Part shown: positions 1 through 11,834 of the stretch, one piece after another | Position numbering within the stretch: position 1 is the first letter of the stretch | How the letters are laid out: each line of letters begins with the position of its first letter | NCBI RefSeq assembly: GCF_001194135.2 | Contig: NC_069003.1 | Coordinates: 9,051,179 to 9,083,354 of the forward strand | Origin: Octopus bimaculoides | Lineage: Eukaryota | Direction: 5' to 3' | Length of the DNA: 32,176 bases | Translations under genes and position numbers: made by a program | The notes under the pieces: generated by a model | Seen by the model: only the letters and a program-made list of their open reading frames with translations | Databases searched by the model: none | Told to the model about the DNA's origin: nothing

Positions 1-128
1 GGTGTGTTTATGTCCCCGTAATTAAGTAGATTGGCAAAAGAGACGATAGAGTAAGTTCTGGGGGTCAATTAGCTTGACTCAAGGCAGTGCTCCAACATGG
101 CCACAGTCAAATGACTGAAACAAGCAAA
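1..128 (+). mobile_element. 3' block of bipartite SINE family A, cut by window start
   Basis: Aligns by eye to the 3' block of the full copies at 12978-13370 and 25958-26340 (GGTGTGTTTA.GTCCCCGTAA...CATGGCC.CAGTCAAATGACTGAAACAAG). Confidence 0.85.
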
Positions 129-129
129 T

Positions 130-702
130 AAATGCATCTCTTACTGTGGGACTGTATATATGTATATACATTTGTATTTGTATATAGATAGCCTTCGCTG
201 TGTGTCTATATGTATGCATGTCTGCACACGTGTGTGTGTGTATGTGCATGCGTAGATACATCCCCAAGTGTATCTAGGAGTATGCATGCCTGTACGTATG
301 TGTATGTGTGAGTTTCTGTGTCAAAGTGCATCTATGCATAAGAGTGTATATGGGTGTGTGTGCATTTGAGTGCGTAAATATGTCACAGTGTGTGTACGTG
401 TGCAAGTATGCGTATGTATGTACAAATATATATATGCAAGGGAGTTTAAGAACCATGAGCATGTGCATGTGTGTGTGTATGTGTATGTGTATATGTGTGT
501 GTGAGTGAGATTGTGTGTGTGGGTCTGTGCGTGAGAGATTGTGTATGTTTGTGTGAGATTATGTGTGTGTGTGTGTTTGTGTGGGATTGTGTGTGTGTGT
601 GTGTGTGTGTGCATAGATATATGCATTAGTGTGTATGCAAATGTGTGTCAGGATATATATATATATATATATGTCCCCCCCCTCTCTCTCTCTCTCTCTC
701 TC

Positions 703-800
<98 letters not shown>

Positions 801-820
801 AACACATACCTATATATGCG
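130..820. repeat. Compound microsatellite tract (TG)n/(TATG)n/(TA)n/(TC)n/(CA)n
   Basis: Directly visible, including a near-perfect (TC)n run at about 682-761 flanked by (TA)n. Confidence 0.95.
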
Positions 821-821
821 T

Positions 822-1040
822 AAGGCATGGTGGCAGAATTGTTAGCACGTCAGGTGAAATGTTTAGTGATATTTCATCTGCCTTGACGATCTGAATTCAA
901 ATTCCACTGAGGTTGACTTTAGTTTTCATCCTTTCAGAGTTGATAAATTAAGTACCAGTGAAACACTGGGGTCAATGTAATCAACTAGTCCCTTCCCCCA
1001 AAATTTCAGGCCTTGTACCTACAGCAGAAAGGATTATATA
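822..1040 (+). mobile_element. tRNA-derived SINE family B (subtype with CCCCCAAAATTTCAGGCCTTGT tail)
   Basis: Head TAAGGCATGGTGGCAGAATTGTTAGCAC, B-box-like GAATTCAAATTCC, central GAGGTTGACTTT..TTTCATCCTTTC..GTTGATAAATTAAGTACCAG block resembling the Deu/Nin SINE domain (recalled). Many copies in this window. Confidence 0.85.
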
Positions 1041-1876
1041 TATATATATCCAAAGTTTTAAATTTTTACATTTAAGAGAGAGATTTGACGCTAATATCCA
1101 TTATCAATATAATTTATTCCTATGTCAGCATTTCTGTATAAAGCTATATTTGACCGTCAAGTTTAAGTCAAGTTTAACATATAAGTTGCCATACACGTCT
1201 TCAGGGAATAATCTTTTAGAACAAACAAACAAACAAACAAATCATATAGGCTTCTACAATATCTGTTGTCAATGTAAACTCTCTTCTAAACCAAGTCACC
1301 AGTAAGATTAAAGTATCTCATTAGGATGGTTGAAAGCCAAATAGTTACTTTGGTGTAACATCTCTAATCACTCATAGACTTAACAGCCACAACTGCTCTC
1401 GCTCTCTCTCTCTCTCTCTCTTCGGTCACACAGTTTTCACGGTTTCCTATGACTCTCTTTTGCCATCCAATTCCATTACTGTGAATCTGAACCAAGAGCT
1501 TCAGTCACAGAGGAATCTTTCATTAGTGGATGATCCAACCATGGATGCTGTCCCTATGGATACATTACGGTTAGTCTCTTAACAGAGCTTGGTGATCCTG
1601 GCCATTAATCTCTTAGGATTCTGCCGCTCAACATCAATGTTGAGCTCTTCCACACCCTCTTCACAATCCACCATGCTGCAGTTCCATGTCCTTGCCATAT
1701 CCCTGGGAGGGCAGCTGGAAAGACACTAAACCTCGCCAAAGGGCAACCCGTAAGTATGCAGGGCACAGACAGATTTTCAAAATACCCACATACCCACAAC
1801 AATCAGTTGAACTGAAAGAGATTGTATTTGCCAGATTTTCTGGTGGTTTTGCTACTTTAATTTTCAGGACCCTATT

Positions 1877-2128
1877 ACTCTTTTACTTGTTTCAGTCATT
1901 TGACTGCGGCCATGCTTGAGCATCACCTCTGGTCGACCCCAGGACTTATTCTTTGTAAGCCTAGTACTTATTCTATTGGTCTCTTTTTGCCGAACCGCTA
2001 GGTTACAGAGACGTAAACACACCAGCATAGGNNNNNNNNNNNNNNNNNNNNNNNNNNNNNNNNNNNNNNNNNNNNNNNNNNNNNNNNNNNNNNNNNNNNN
2101 NNNNNNNNNNNNNNNNNNNNNNNNNNNN

Positions 2129-2181
<53 letters not shown>

Positions 2182-2341
2182 GACGGGCTTCTTTCAGTTT
2201 CCGTCTACCAAATCCACTCACAAGGCTTTGGTCGGCCTGAGGCTATAGTAGAAGACACTTGCCCAAGTTGCCACGCAGTGGGACTGAACCCGGAACCATG
2301 TTGTTTGTAAGCAAGCTACTTACTACACAGCCACTCCTACG

Positions 2342-2344
<3 letters not shown>
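1877..2344 (-). mobile_element. Full-length young SINE family A copy with internal (CA)/(TA) microsatellite and N-gap
   Basis: Reverse complement of the 12978-13370 copy; head reads GGCGTAGGAGTGGCTGTGTAGTAAG on minus; CpGs largely retained. Confidence 0.9.
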
Positions 2345-2376
<32 letters not shown>

Positions 2377-2380
<4 letters not shown>

Positions 2381-2529
2381 AGCTTTCAGTTTCCATCTAC
2401 CAAATCCATTTAAAAGGCTTTGGTCGGCCTGAAGCTACAGTAGAAGATGCTTGCTTAAAGTTCCATGCAGTAGGATTGAACCCAGAACCATGTGGCTGGG
2501 AAGTAAGCTTCTTACCACACAGCCATGCC
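2377..2529 (-). mobile_element. 5' half of SINE family A
   Basis: Matches 2180-2340 with CpG decay; ends at the head GGCATGGCTGTGTGGTAAG (minus). Confidence 0.85.
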
Positions 2530-3237
2530 CGACGCAGACCAAAAACCAAAACGAAACAGAATCAAAACCCTAACAGACAATCATGAATTCACAGACAAAA
2601 GCATACTAACCAAAACTGGACCAACCAAGATATCTTTTGAAGAATTACATAAATTAAAGGCCAAAGACTTTAAAACCCCAAAAACTAAAAATCATAGCAC
2701 TGCAAAGAGAATGGCATTGAATACAGCCAGACATTTTATGTCATTTGGTTTGACTGCTTTTGAATGGCAAGACAATTTTGTGAAGAATGAAGACTAGACA
2801 AAGCATTCAGTCTGAGAGAGAGAGAGAGAGAGAAATGTGGAATGGATTTACATGTATGTTGGAGGTGAGGGGAGGGGGGAGGTAGTTAAGCAAATGAAAG
2901 CTTAATTGGCGTCTCAGAAAATTATAATATGATTATTAAAGGTGAGCCAAAGAGTATAGAACAAGTGAGAGNNNNNNNNNNNNNNNNNNNNNNNNNNNNN
3001 NNNNNNNNNNNNNNNNNNNNNNNNNNNNNNNNNNNNNNNNNNNNNNNNNNNNNNNNNNNNNNNNNNNNNNNNNNNNNNNNNNNNNNNNNNNNNNNNNNNN
3101 NNNNNNNNNNNNNNNNNNNNNNNNNNNNNNNNNNNNNNNNNNNNNNNNNNNNNNNNNNNNNNNNNNNNNNNNNNNNNNNNNNNNNNNNNNNNNNNNNNNN
3201 NNNNNNNNNNNNNNNNNNNNNNNNNNNNNNNNNNNNN

Positions 3238-3247
3238 TATATATATA

Positions 3248-3307
<60 letters not shown>

Positions 3308-3545
3308 CATACACGCACACAAATATATTTATACATATACATACATATAAATATATTCCTACATATACATAGATATATTCATACATATATATACAGATAT
3401 ATTTATATATATATGTATATACATACAAATAAATCTATACATACATACACACATACATGTACACACACACATGCATGCACATGTATCCATGTGCACATAC
3501 ACATACATATATATATATATCTACATAAATATGCATACACACACT
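3238..3545. repeat. Degenerate (TA)n/(TACA)n microsatellite
   Basis: Directly visible after the N-gap 2972-3237. Confidence 0.9.
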
Positions 3546-3975
3546 GAGAGGAAAAGGCAAAAATAAAAACAAAACAAAACAAAAAAAACTGCACACAATT
3601 TCAATATGTTTTAATTAGTGAAACATGTGGAAAGGAAGAGAAATATGACAAACGAAGACATAAGACTATCGAAAAGTTGTCGACACATGCAAAATAAGCA
3701 AACTGGAGCGACAAAGGGCTCCTTCATTGATATTTTCATTCTTGTCTTGGAGAAGAATGATATCTAAGTAGAATTCAAATATATTTCGTCATGGAATTTC
3801 TATTGATGGTGTCTTGGCGTTGACTTGATTCAACTTAAAATGTTTCGTTAACATTTAAGTTTGATTTTGATATAGATATTCTTTACACATTGGAAATTCC
3901 GAAAAGTTTTGGAGATAACAGCATGGAAAAAATAACAAGAGAAAAAAAAAAACAAAGAAAAAAGAAATCTTCGTC

Positions 3976-4060
3976 TTGTTTCAGTCATTTGACTGTGGCC
4001 ATGCTGGGGCACCACCTTGAAGAATTTTAGTTGACCAAATCAACCCTAGTACTTATTTTT
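3976..4060 (-). mobile_element. 3' fragment of SINE family A
   Basis: TTGTTTCAGTCATTTGACTGTGGCCATGCTGGGGCACC matches the family A 3' end. Confidence 0.8.
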
Positions 4061-4134
4061 TTAACCTTTTAGCTCATTTTCTGTTTTGCTCTAGGCACAA
4101 GGCAACTGGTATTTAATTTATCGANNNNNNNNNN

Positions 4135-4335
4135 ACGTTTCTTATTTCTTTATTACCCACAAGGGGCTAAACATAGAGGGGGCAAACAAGGACAGACAAA
4201 GGGATTAAGTTGATTACATCGACTTCAGTGCGTAACTGGTACTTAATTTATCGACCCCAAAAGGATGAAAGGCAAAGTTGACCTCGGTGGAATTTGAACT
4301 CAGAGCATAAAGACAGACGAAATACCACTAAGCAG
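4135..4335 (-). mobile_element. SINE family B (subtype with GTTTAGCCCCTTGTGGGTAATAAAGAAAT tail)
   Basis: Reverse complement of 13680-13835; contains the central block ATTTATCGACCCCAAAAGGATGAAAGGCAAAGTTGACCTCGG. Confidence 0.85.
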
Positions 4336-4344
4336 ACGAAATAC

Positions 4345-4493
4345 CTGCTCAACAGGTATCTATTTTATCAACCCTGAAAGGATGAAAAGCAAAGTCTACC
4401 TCGGCGGAACTTGAATGCAGAACATAAAGACAAACGAAATGCCGCTAAGCATTTTTGCCTGGCATACTAAAGAGTCTGCCAGCTCTCCACCTT
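4345..4493 (-). mobile_element. SINE family B, 5' portion
   Basis: Central block plus head AAGGTGGAGAGCTGGCAGA on the minus strand. Confidence 0.8.
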
Positions 4494-5335
4494 GTTAATT
4501 TATATTCCAAACACTGGTTTAATAATGTCCAAGTTATTAAAGACAGGATTTTTCAACAACAACAAAAAAAAAAAAATGGTAAGAAAAGGATAAAATATGG
4601 TATGACTCCCACTCTATTCTCTGTGACTCACTTAACACCGCCCCTTGGTTTGTGATAAAAAAAATCTTCCTGCTTTTAAGTGATCTAAATTAAAATCTTC
4701 CATCAGAATTTCATATTAATTCATATTCCAAACACCAGCTTAATAATGACAAAGTTATTTTACTACGTTTTAAATTCTTCACTATTTTGAAAAATGAACC
4801 GAAACAAAGGCAGTGGATTTCAACAGAAATACGGTAAAGAAAGGCTTTGAGGTGACATAGATTAAAACCTTCCATCAGAATTTCATGCTAATTTATATTC
4901 CAAACATCAGCTTAATAATACAAAATTATTTTACTACTTTTTAAAATTCTTCACTATTTTCAAATTTAATTGAAACTAAGGCGGTGTATTTCAAAAGAAC
5001 TATGCTAACTAAAGGGTTAAATTATGTATGACTATTAGTCTATGTGCTCTGTAACTCTTCTAGTTCTATGATAAAAAAAACACCTATTTTAAAAGGGATC
5101 TAAAATCTTTCTATGGAAATTTCATGTTTATGTTCCAAATTTTGAATTCTTTATTATTTTCAAAATTACTTGAAACAAAGCTAGTGTATTTTAACAGAAA
5201 TACGGAGACAAAAGGCTTCAGGGTGATCTAAATTCAAACTTTCCATCAAAGTTCCATGTTAATTTGTTCCAAACACCAGCTTCATAAGGACAAATTGTTT
5301 CGCTAAATTCTTCATTTTTTCAAATATGATAGCAA
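4494..5335 (-). mobile_element. Cluster of about 5 diverged units (up to about 190 bp) of a piggyBac-like non-autonomous element
   Basis: Recurrent unit CTTCCATCAGAATTTCAT.TTAATT.AT.TTCCAAACACCAGCTTAATAAT...TTCTTCACTATTTT...GAAAC; one unit ends AAAGGG|TTAA at 5011-5020; homologous to the MITE at 7012-7286. Confidence 0.7.
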
Positions 5336-5380
5336 AAGGTTAGATATTGTGTGACTATCAGATTCTGTATTCGATAAGAT

Positions 5381-5633
5381 ATGTAGCTCAGTGGTTAGAG
5401 CATTGGTCTCACAGACATGAAGTAGTGAGTTCAATTCCTGGACCGAGCAAGACACTTTATTTCACATTGCTCCTGTTTACTCAGCTCTAAAAATGAGATG
5501 CGACATCACTGGTACCAAGCTGTATCAGCCTTTCATTTTCCCTTAGATAACATCAGTGGTGTGGAGAGAGGAGGCTGGTATGCATGGGCGACTGCTGGTC
5601 TTCCATTAACAATCTTGCCCAGACTTGTGCCTC
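5381..5633 (+). mobile_element. tRNA-derived SINE family D
   Basis: A-box TAGCTCAGTGG, B-box GAGTTCAATTCC, then GAGCAAGACACTTTATTTCACATTGCTCC..ACTCAGCT..AAAATGAG central domain, also found on minus at 13590-13650 and 29060-29125. The 3' boundary is approximate. Confidence 0.75.
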
Positions 5634-6938
5634 AGACTTGTACACACAGACAAAATACACACACAAATACCATTCTCATTTTGCTTATATATACACACAC
5701 ACACATCTAGAGATGAAATTCAAATGCAACGAAATCTTGAACGCTGCCTGTATTTATCTTTCGTAGATAAAGAAACCATCAACAAAAAGCTTCAGAAATT
5801 CCAAGGACCTCGTTTTTCCCAAAGATATACATATATACATATATATATATACACACAGAAAAAAAAAAATCAAAAGATGATTTTAATTTTCTGTAATGTT
5901 AACAAGGGACATTTTTATTCCTTCGCATTTTCTCCTTTCTTTCCTTCTTTATTTTTTTTTTTTCTTTTTCATAAGCAGACACTATAAAGTGTTACGTGAG
6001 GGGGTAGAAGAAAAGGTGAAGGTGTGCGAGAGTGCATGGGCACATCAATGCATGTGTGAATGTGCGTGTATGTGTGTGTGTGTGTGTGCATATGTGTTTG
6101 TGCACAAAACCAGATTATTTATTTGTATACAAAACGGTTGTTTGTCATGCTTTGATTTGTAACAGCTTCAAGCAGAAGACAGTTAAGTACAAAAAAAAAA
6201 AAAANNNNNNNNNNNNNNNNNNNNNNNNNNNNNNNNNNNNNNNNNNNNNNNNNNNNNNNNNNNNNNNNNNNNNNNNNNNNNNNNNNNNNNNNNNNNNNNN
6301 NNNNNNNNNNNNNNNNNNNNNNNNNNNNNNNNNNNNNNNNNNNNNNNNNNNNNNNNNNNNNNNNNNNNNNNNNNNNNNNNNNNNNNNNNNNNNNNNNNNN
6401 NNNNNNNNNNNNNNNNNNNNNNNNNNNNNNNNNNNNNNNNNNNNNNNNNNNNNNNNNNNNNNNNNNNNNNNNNNNNNNNNNNNNNNNNNNNNNNNNNNNN
6501 NNNNNNNNNNNNNNNNNNNNNNNNNNNNNNNNNNNNNNNNNNNNNNNNNNNNNNNNNNNNNNNNNNNNNNNNNNNNNNNNNNNNNNNNNNNNNNNNNNNN
6601 NNNNNNNNNNNNNNNNNNNNNNNNNNNNNNNNNNNNNNNNNNNNNNNNNNNNNNNNNNNNNNNNNNNNNNNNNNNNNNNNNNNNNNNNNNNNNNNNNNNN
6701 NNNNNNNNNNNNNNNNNNNNNNNNNNNNNNNNNNNNNNNNNNNNNNNNNNNNNNNNNNNNNNNNNNNNNNNNNNNNNNNNNNNNNNNNNNNAGTACATAC
6801 ACATGCATACATATATGAAACAAAGACAAGTTAAAATTTTTCTTCTTCTTTCTGTTTCTTCATTTTTTGTTTCCAAACGAACTCAGAGCAATGCATCTAT
6901 CACAACTACTGCGAGCAGCTCAATGCAAATCAGAAATT

Positions 6939-7410
6939 ATAATAATAATAATAATAATGATAATAATGATTTCAAATTTTGCCACAAGGGCAGCCTGGAG
7001 GAAGGGATTAACCCTTTCCTTACTGTATTTATTTTGAGATGCTCTGTGTTTCTTTCAACTACTTTAAATATAACAAAGAATTTGGTAAAATAACTTTTGA
7101 AAACAAGACAGTTGTACTCAGAGCCAGAGCCGGTTTCAGCTGGGTTGGTATCGAAATAGTTCTGCTGGTGTTCGGAACATAAATTGTGACTAAGGTTTGG
7201 TGGAAGATTTTAAGTCAAAGCTTATGAAAACAAGACATTTGTACTCAGAGCCAGAACCGGATTCAGCCAGGTTGGTAACAAAAGGGTTAAGTCAATTACA
7301 TCGACCCCAGTGTTTCACAGGTACTAATTTTATCAACCCTGAAAGGATGAAGAGCAAAGTCAACCTTGGTAGAATTTGAACTCAGAATATAGTGATGGGT
7401 GAAATACCGC
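6939..7410 (-). mobile_element. SINE family B interrupted by a MITE
   Basis: Removing the MITE and one TTAA restores GAAGGGATTAAGTCAATTACATCGACCCCAGTG, matching the uninterrupted copy at 4201. Confidence 0.85.
7012..7286 (+). mobile_element. piggyBac-like MITE, 275 bp, TTAA target-site duplication
   Basis: TTAA at 7008-7011 and 7287-7290; imperfect TIRs CCCTTTCCTTAC versus CCCTTTTGTTAC (reverse complement of right end); internal direct repeat of about 53 bp (7098-7150 and 7225-7277). Confidence 0.85.
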
Positions 7411-7426
7411 ATGCTGATTTTTATAA

Positions 7427-7648
7427 TAATAATCCTTTCTACTAAAGGCACAATGCCTGAAATTTAGAGGTGAGAGATAGTTGATTACATCAACCCCAAT
7501 ATTTCACTGGTACTTAATTCATCGTCCCTGAAAGGATGAAAGGTAAAGTCGACCTCAGCAGAATTTGAACTCAGAACATAAAGACAGATGAAATGCCACC
7601 AAGCATTTAGCCTGGTGTGCTAAGGATTCTGCCAGCAGGCTGCCTTAA
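7427..7648 (-). mobile_element. Full-length SINE family B
   Basis: Tail AATCCTTTCTACTAAAGGCACAA through head end GCTGCCTTAA. Confidence 0.85.
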
Positions 7649-7650
7649 TA

Positions 7651-7687
<37 letters not shown>

Positions 7688-7918
7688 TAATAATGATACT
7701 AATAATAATAATAGGCACAAGGCCGGAAATTTTGGGGAAGGGGGAAAGTTGATTACATCAATCCCAGCATTCAACTGGTACATATTTTATCGACCCCCAC
7801 AAAGAATGAAAGGTAAAGCCGGCCTTGATGGAATTTGAACCCAGAATGTAGCGATGAGTGAAATACCGCTAAGCATTTTGTCCAGTGTGCTAAAGATTCT
7901 ACCAGCTAGTCACCTTAA
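7649..7918 (-). mobile_element. Full-length SINE family B with (AAT)n tail
   Basis: (AAT)n at about 7649-7712, then body, then head end CACCTTAA. Confidence 0.85.
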
Positions 7919-8059
7919 TAATAATAACAATAATGGATTCAAGTTTTGGCCCAAGGCCAGCAATTTCGGGGATCGGTGTGAATCTATTATTGACCCCAGT
8001 ACTCAGCTGGTACTTACTTTATCACTCCCAAAAGGCTGAAGGGTAAAATCGATCTTGGC
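7919..8059 (-). mobile_element. Truncated older SINE family B
   Basis: Diverged tail and central block; head missing. Confidence 0.7.
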
Positions 8060-8277
8060 TTGTTGCTATGGAAAAAGGCACCAATATGTTTGTGGCTCTC
8101 GAATGGCTAAAACTACTCAAAATTTGCAAACTTTAAACGCTGTTCATTTTTTATTGAGTTATGGCAAAAATGAATTTCATTTCCATAATTACCATACAAA
8201 ACTACATCAATACACCAAATTTGAAATCAATTCAAAGCTGAAGGAATTGAAAATAGAAAGCCAAACAGAAAAGATCT

Positions 8278-8372
8278 GAAGACATTTGCCCAAGAGGCCA
8301 CGCAAGTGGAACTGAACCCAAACTCATGTTGGTGGGAAGCAAACTTCTTTTACCACATAACCTCGCAAACAC
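8278..8372 (-). mobile_element. Degenerate SINE family A head fragment
   Basis: GAAGACATTTGCCCAAGAGGCCACGCAAGTGGAACTGAACCC matches family A on minus. Confidence 0.7.
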
Positions 8373-8489
8373 CTACGTGTATGTGCACATATGAGAGTAT
8401 GAAGCCATAATAATTTTTGGTTAAAATTAGACCTGTTGGCTCACCTGAACAGGGAAGGTAATGTGGATTTTAAATACAGATATGGGGAA

Positions 8490-8634
8490 AGTGGTGGTGG
8501 TGGTGGTGGTGGTGGTAGTAGTGACAGTAGTAGCTGCTAGTAGTGGTGGTGGTGATGGTTGTAGGGTATGATGCAAAGAGAGATAGTTATAGCAAGTCAA
8601 AATAGCTCTGTGTGTGTGTATATCTATGCATATA

Positions 8635-8686
<52 letters not shown>

Positions 8687-8732
8687 TAGATATATATGTG
8701 TATATATAAATGTGTGTGTGTATATGTGTGCA

Positions 8733-8777
<45 letters not shown>

Positions 8778-8786
8778 ATGTATCTA

Positions 8787-8837
<51 letters not shown>

Positions 8838-8944
8838 CTATGTGTGTATATGTATAAATATATATATGCATGTATGTGTCTATGTATATATATATATGTG
8901 AAATTAATTTAATGTGAAGGGTGGAGGCCTTATTTAAAAACAGG

Positions 8945-8985
<41 letters not shown>
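8490..8985. repeat. (GGT/AGT)n, compound (TG)/(TA)/(GA)n and (TC)n microsatellites
   Basis: Directly visible. Confidence 0.9.
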
Positions 8986-8989
<4 letters not shown>

Positions 8990-9573
8990 CCTCACACTTT
9001 CTTTCACCACCATCACCACCAATCACCCACTCATCTCTTTTCCACACACAAAGATATGAATGATTATCTCTCCAAGCTGTGATGACTGCAAGCAGGTTTT
9101 CGTTGGAATTTGGGTTTTCTTGAAAGATTTTTGTCAGACTTAAGATTCTGATAGGAACTCGAAACAAACACAAACACACACACGCACAAACACACACTAC
9201 ACACACATGCAGGGGAGGAAAATGAGATATGTATTAAATATAAATGCATATTCTTACAGCCTAGAAAGGTCTATCACCTCTTCAGCGTTAATTCTTGGGT
9301 TTCATAGTAGAAAGTAATATAAACGAGATATAGATGGAAAATCTCATGCTGGACAGGAACACACCATTTATAAAAAAAACCAGTGTCATATATCTGGTAG
9401 TCATAGCTGATAAGCTAGGTGTGAACTAGGGGTCATCCACATACATAGAAAAATTGAGTGTCCCTTAACCTTATGGAATTCAGATTTCTCTGTCAAATGT
9501 AATGCTTATTCATCCACATAGTTTTGAATTAACCATGCACTATATTGTATCTTCAAAATTTCAGTGGTGTACT

Positions 9574-9773
9574 CTCTTTTTTACTTGTTTCAGTGGCCGT
9601 GACTGTGGCCGTGCTGGAGCACCGCCTTCAGTCGAGCAAATCGACCCCAGGACTTATTCTTTGTAAGCCTAGTAGTACTTATTCTATTGGTCTCTTTTTG
9701 CTGAACTGCTAAGTTACAGGGATGTAAACACACCAACATCGGTTGTCAAGCGATGGTGGGGGGACAAACACAG

Positions 9774-9808
<35 letters not shown>

Positions 9809-9845
9809 CGACGGGCTTCTTTCAGCTTCCATCTACCAAATCCAC
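9574..9845 (-). mobile_element. SINE family A, 5'-truncated
   Basis: 3' block, internal (TA)n and start of the 5' half; homology stops abruptly at ...CCAAATCCAC (9845). Confidence 0.85.
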
Positions 9846-10669
9846 CAGTGTTGAACTGAAAGATATCACCAGGGTAAATCTCACAGGCAAAGAAGGGTAG
9901 GCATATTGCAAGATACAAGGATATGATCTGAGGGAGATGTTTCTGCTATTTCTTACTAGAAAAATGGTCCCATAGAGGGGCCACTGTCATTTTATTGACA
10001 TTCAGTGTTGAGTTGAAAGACATCATCAGGGGAAATCTCATAGACAACGATAGGCATATTTCAAGATTCTAGGATATGATCTGAGGGAGCCTTGAGCACT
10101 ATTTTTAGCCTCATAGAATTTCCTTTCGAAAAATGGCGGTGGTGATCATGTTGAGCTCTAGATCATCTGTAATCAAGTAAGCCTTCTACCAAAGGTGTTC
10201 TAGCCATGACCATCCAATCCTATTCATATCTTTGTAAATGGTATATACTAAGGAAAGCACATAATTAAATGGTCCGGATGTAATTAGAGGTAGATCAGGT
10301 TGCTATTTCTAGTAGGCCAACAAGATTGAAAGATTGAAATCTTAGGGTTTCACTTTTTTTTGTAACAAGATACCTTTCTGTTTCTTGGGGTAGGGGAGAG
10401 GAGAGGTCAAATCAAAAAAAATCATCAAAGTATATAAGGAAATGACATAAAAAAAAAAAACCTTTTAAGGTCCTCTACGAAAATATAGGAGCAGAAAATG
10501 ATACAAAAATAACATTGATTTATGGGGTTAAATCCTTGGAATAGAAAAGGGGAAACAAAACAAACAGCTGAATGTTGAAGAAAGAAACTTCAAAGGATTA
10601 TATACACAAGTCAAACGTAATTAAACATCAATTTTCCAGGAACAAACGTACAGTTTATCCTCAAATACA

Positions 10670-10672
10670 TAA

Positions 10673-10705
<33 letters not shown>

Positions 10706-10732
10706 TGCATACATTTATATACATATATACAT

Positions 10733-10775
<43 letters not shown>

Positions 10776-11112
10776 CATATATACACACACATATGTACAC
10801 ATAAATAGATATCCACACGCATACATACATACACACATATATATATGTATATATACACATACATATAGATACATACACACAAATATACAGACATATACAC
10901 TCATACATATATACACACATACTTACATATCTACACGAAGCACATACACACACGCATAATATATATATAATACAAATGATATATGAGTATATGCATATAT
11001 ATGTACATGTATGTACATATCTTCATCTACATGTATATATAGATGCATATCTGGGTACATGACGTTGCAAAAAAACATGGACAAAATGATATATATACAC
11101 ATACACACAAAA

Positions 11113-11181
<69 letters not shown>

Positions 11182-11185
11182 GCAT
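10670..11185. repeat. Compound (CA)/(TA)/(TACA)n microsatellites
   Basis: Directly visible. Confidence 0.9.
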
Positions 11186-11834
11186 GAGCAATAAACTGAA
11201 TCCGCGTAAAACAAAAAAAAAAAAAAAAAAGACCAGTTGGCCATATCTCAAGTGCTATCTGCAATTGATGTTTGTTCAAAGTGTGAACCTGCAAAAACCT
11301 GCTGAGCTTTTAAAGTGAGCAGATATGGTTGGTGTCAAGCATGAAAGAATGGGACGGGAATCTCATAAAAGAACCCAATAGAAAGCTTAGTGACCCCTGG
11401 CACCATAAAGGGTTTTTTACAGGTTCCCTTATCCGTTATGGGAAATGTAGATTCCAGAGAGGTTAGATAGAAGTGGGTGGATTGCATATTCCAAGGTAAA
11501 TTGACAGGAACTAAAAGCTGTTGCATTAAAGAATGCAAGAATGGGTTGTGATTTGATGCCATAATGCTGCAGAATTATAGGCGTGTTTGTGTAGATATGG
11601 GTATACATGAATACACACACACACACATATATATATATGAACATAAAATATATGTATATGCAGGTATACGTATGTGTATGCATTTATATACATACATACA
11701 TACAGAGGTACACATAAGTATACTTGTATTCATATATACATACACACACACACAATATAATTGTGTATATAAATTTGCAATATATATATATATATATATA
11801 TATTTGTGTGTATATACATATACATACATATTCT

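Noticed and set aside
1420-1860. GC-richer complex block with short ORFs
   Set aside because: No recognisable motif on either strand; probably an unclassified repeat, so it cannot be assigned.
9465-9570. Possible second piggyBac-like MITE end (TTAACCTTATGGAATTCAGATT)
   Set aside because: The terminus is degenerate and there is no partner end or second copy in the window.
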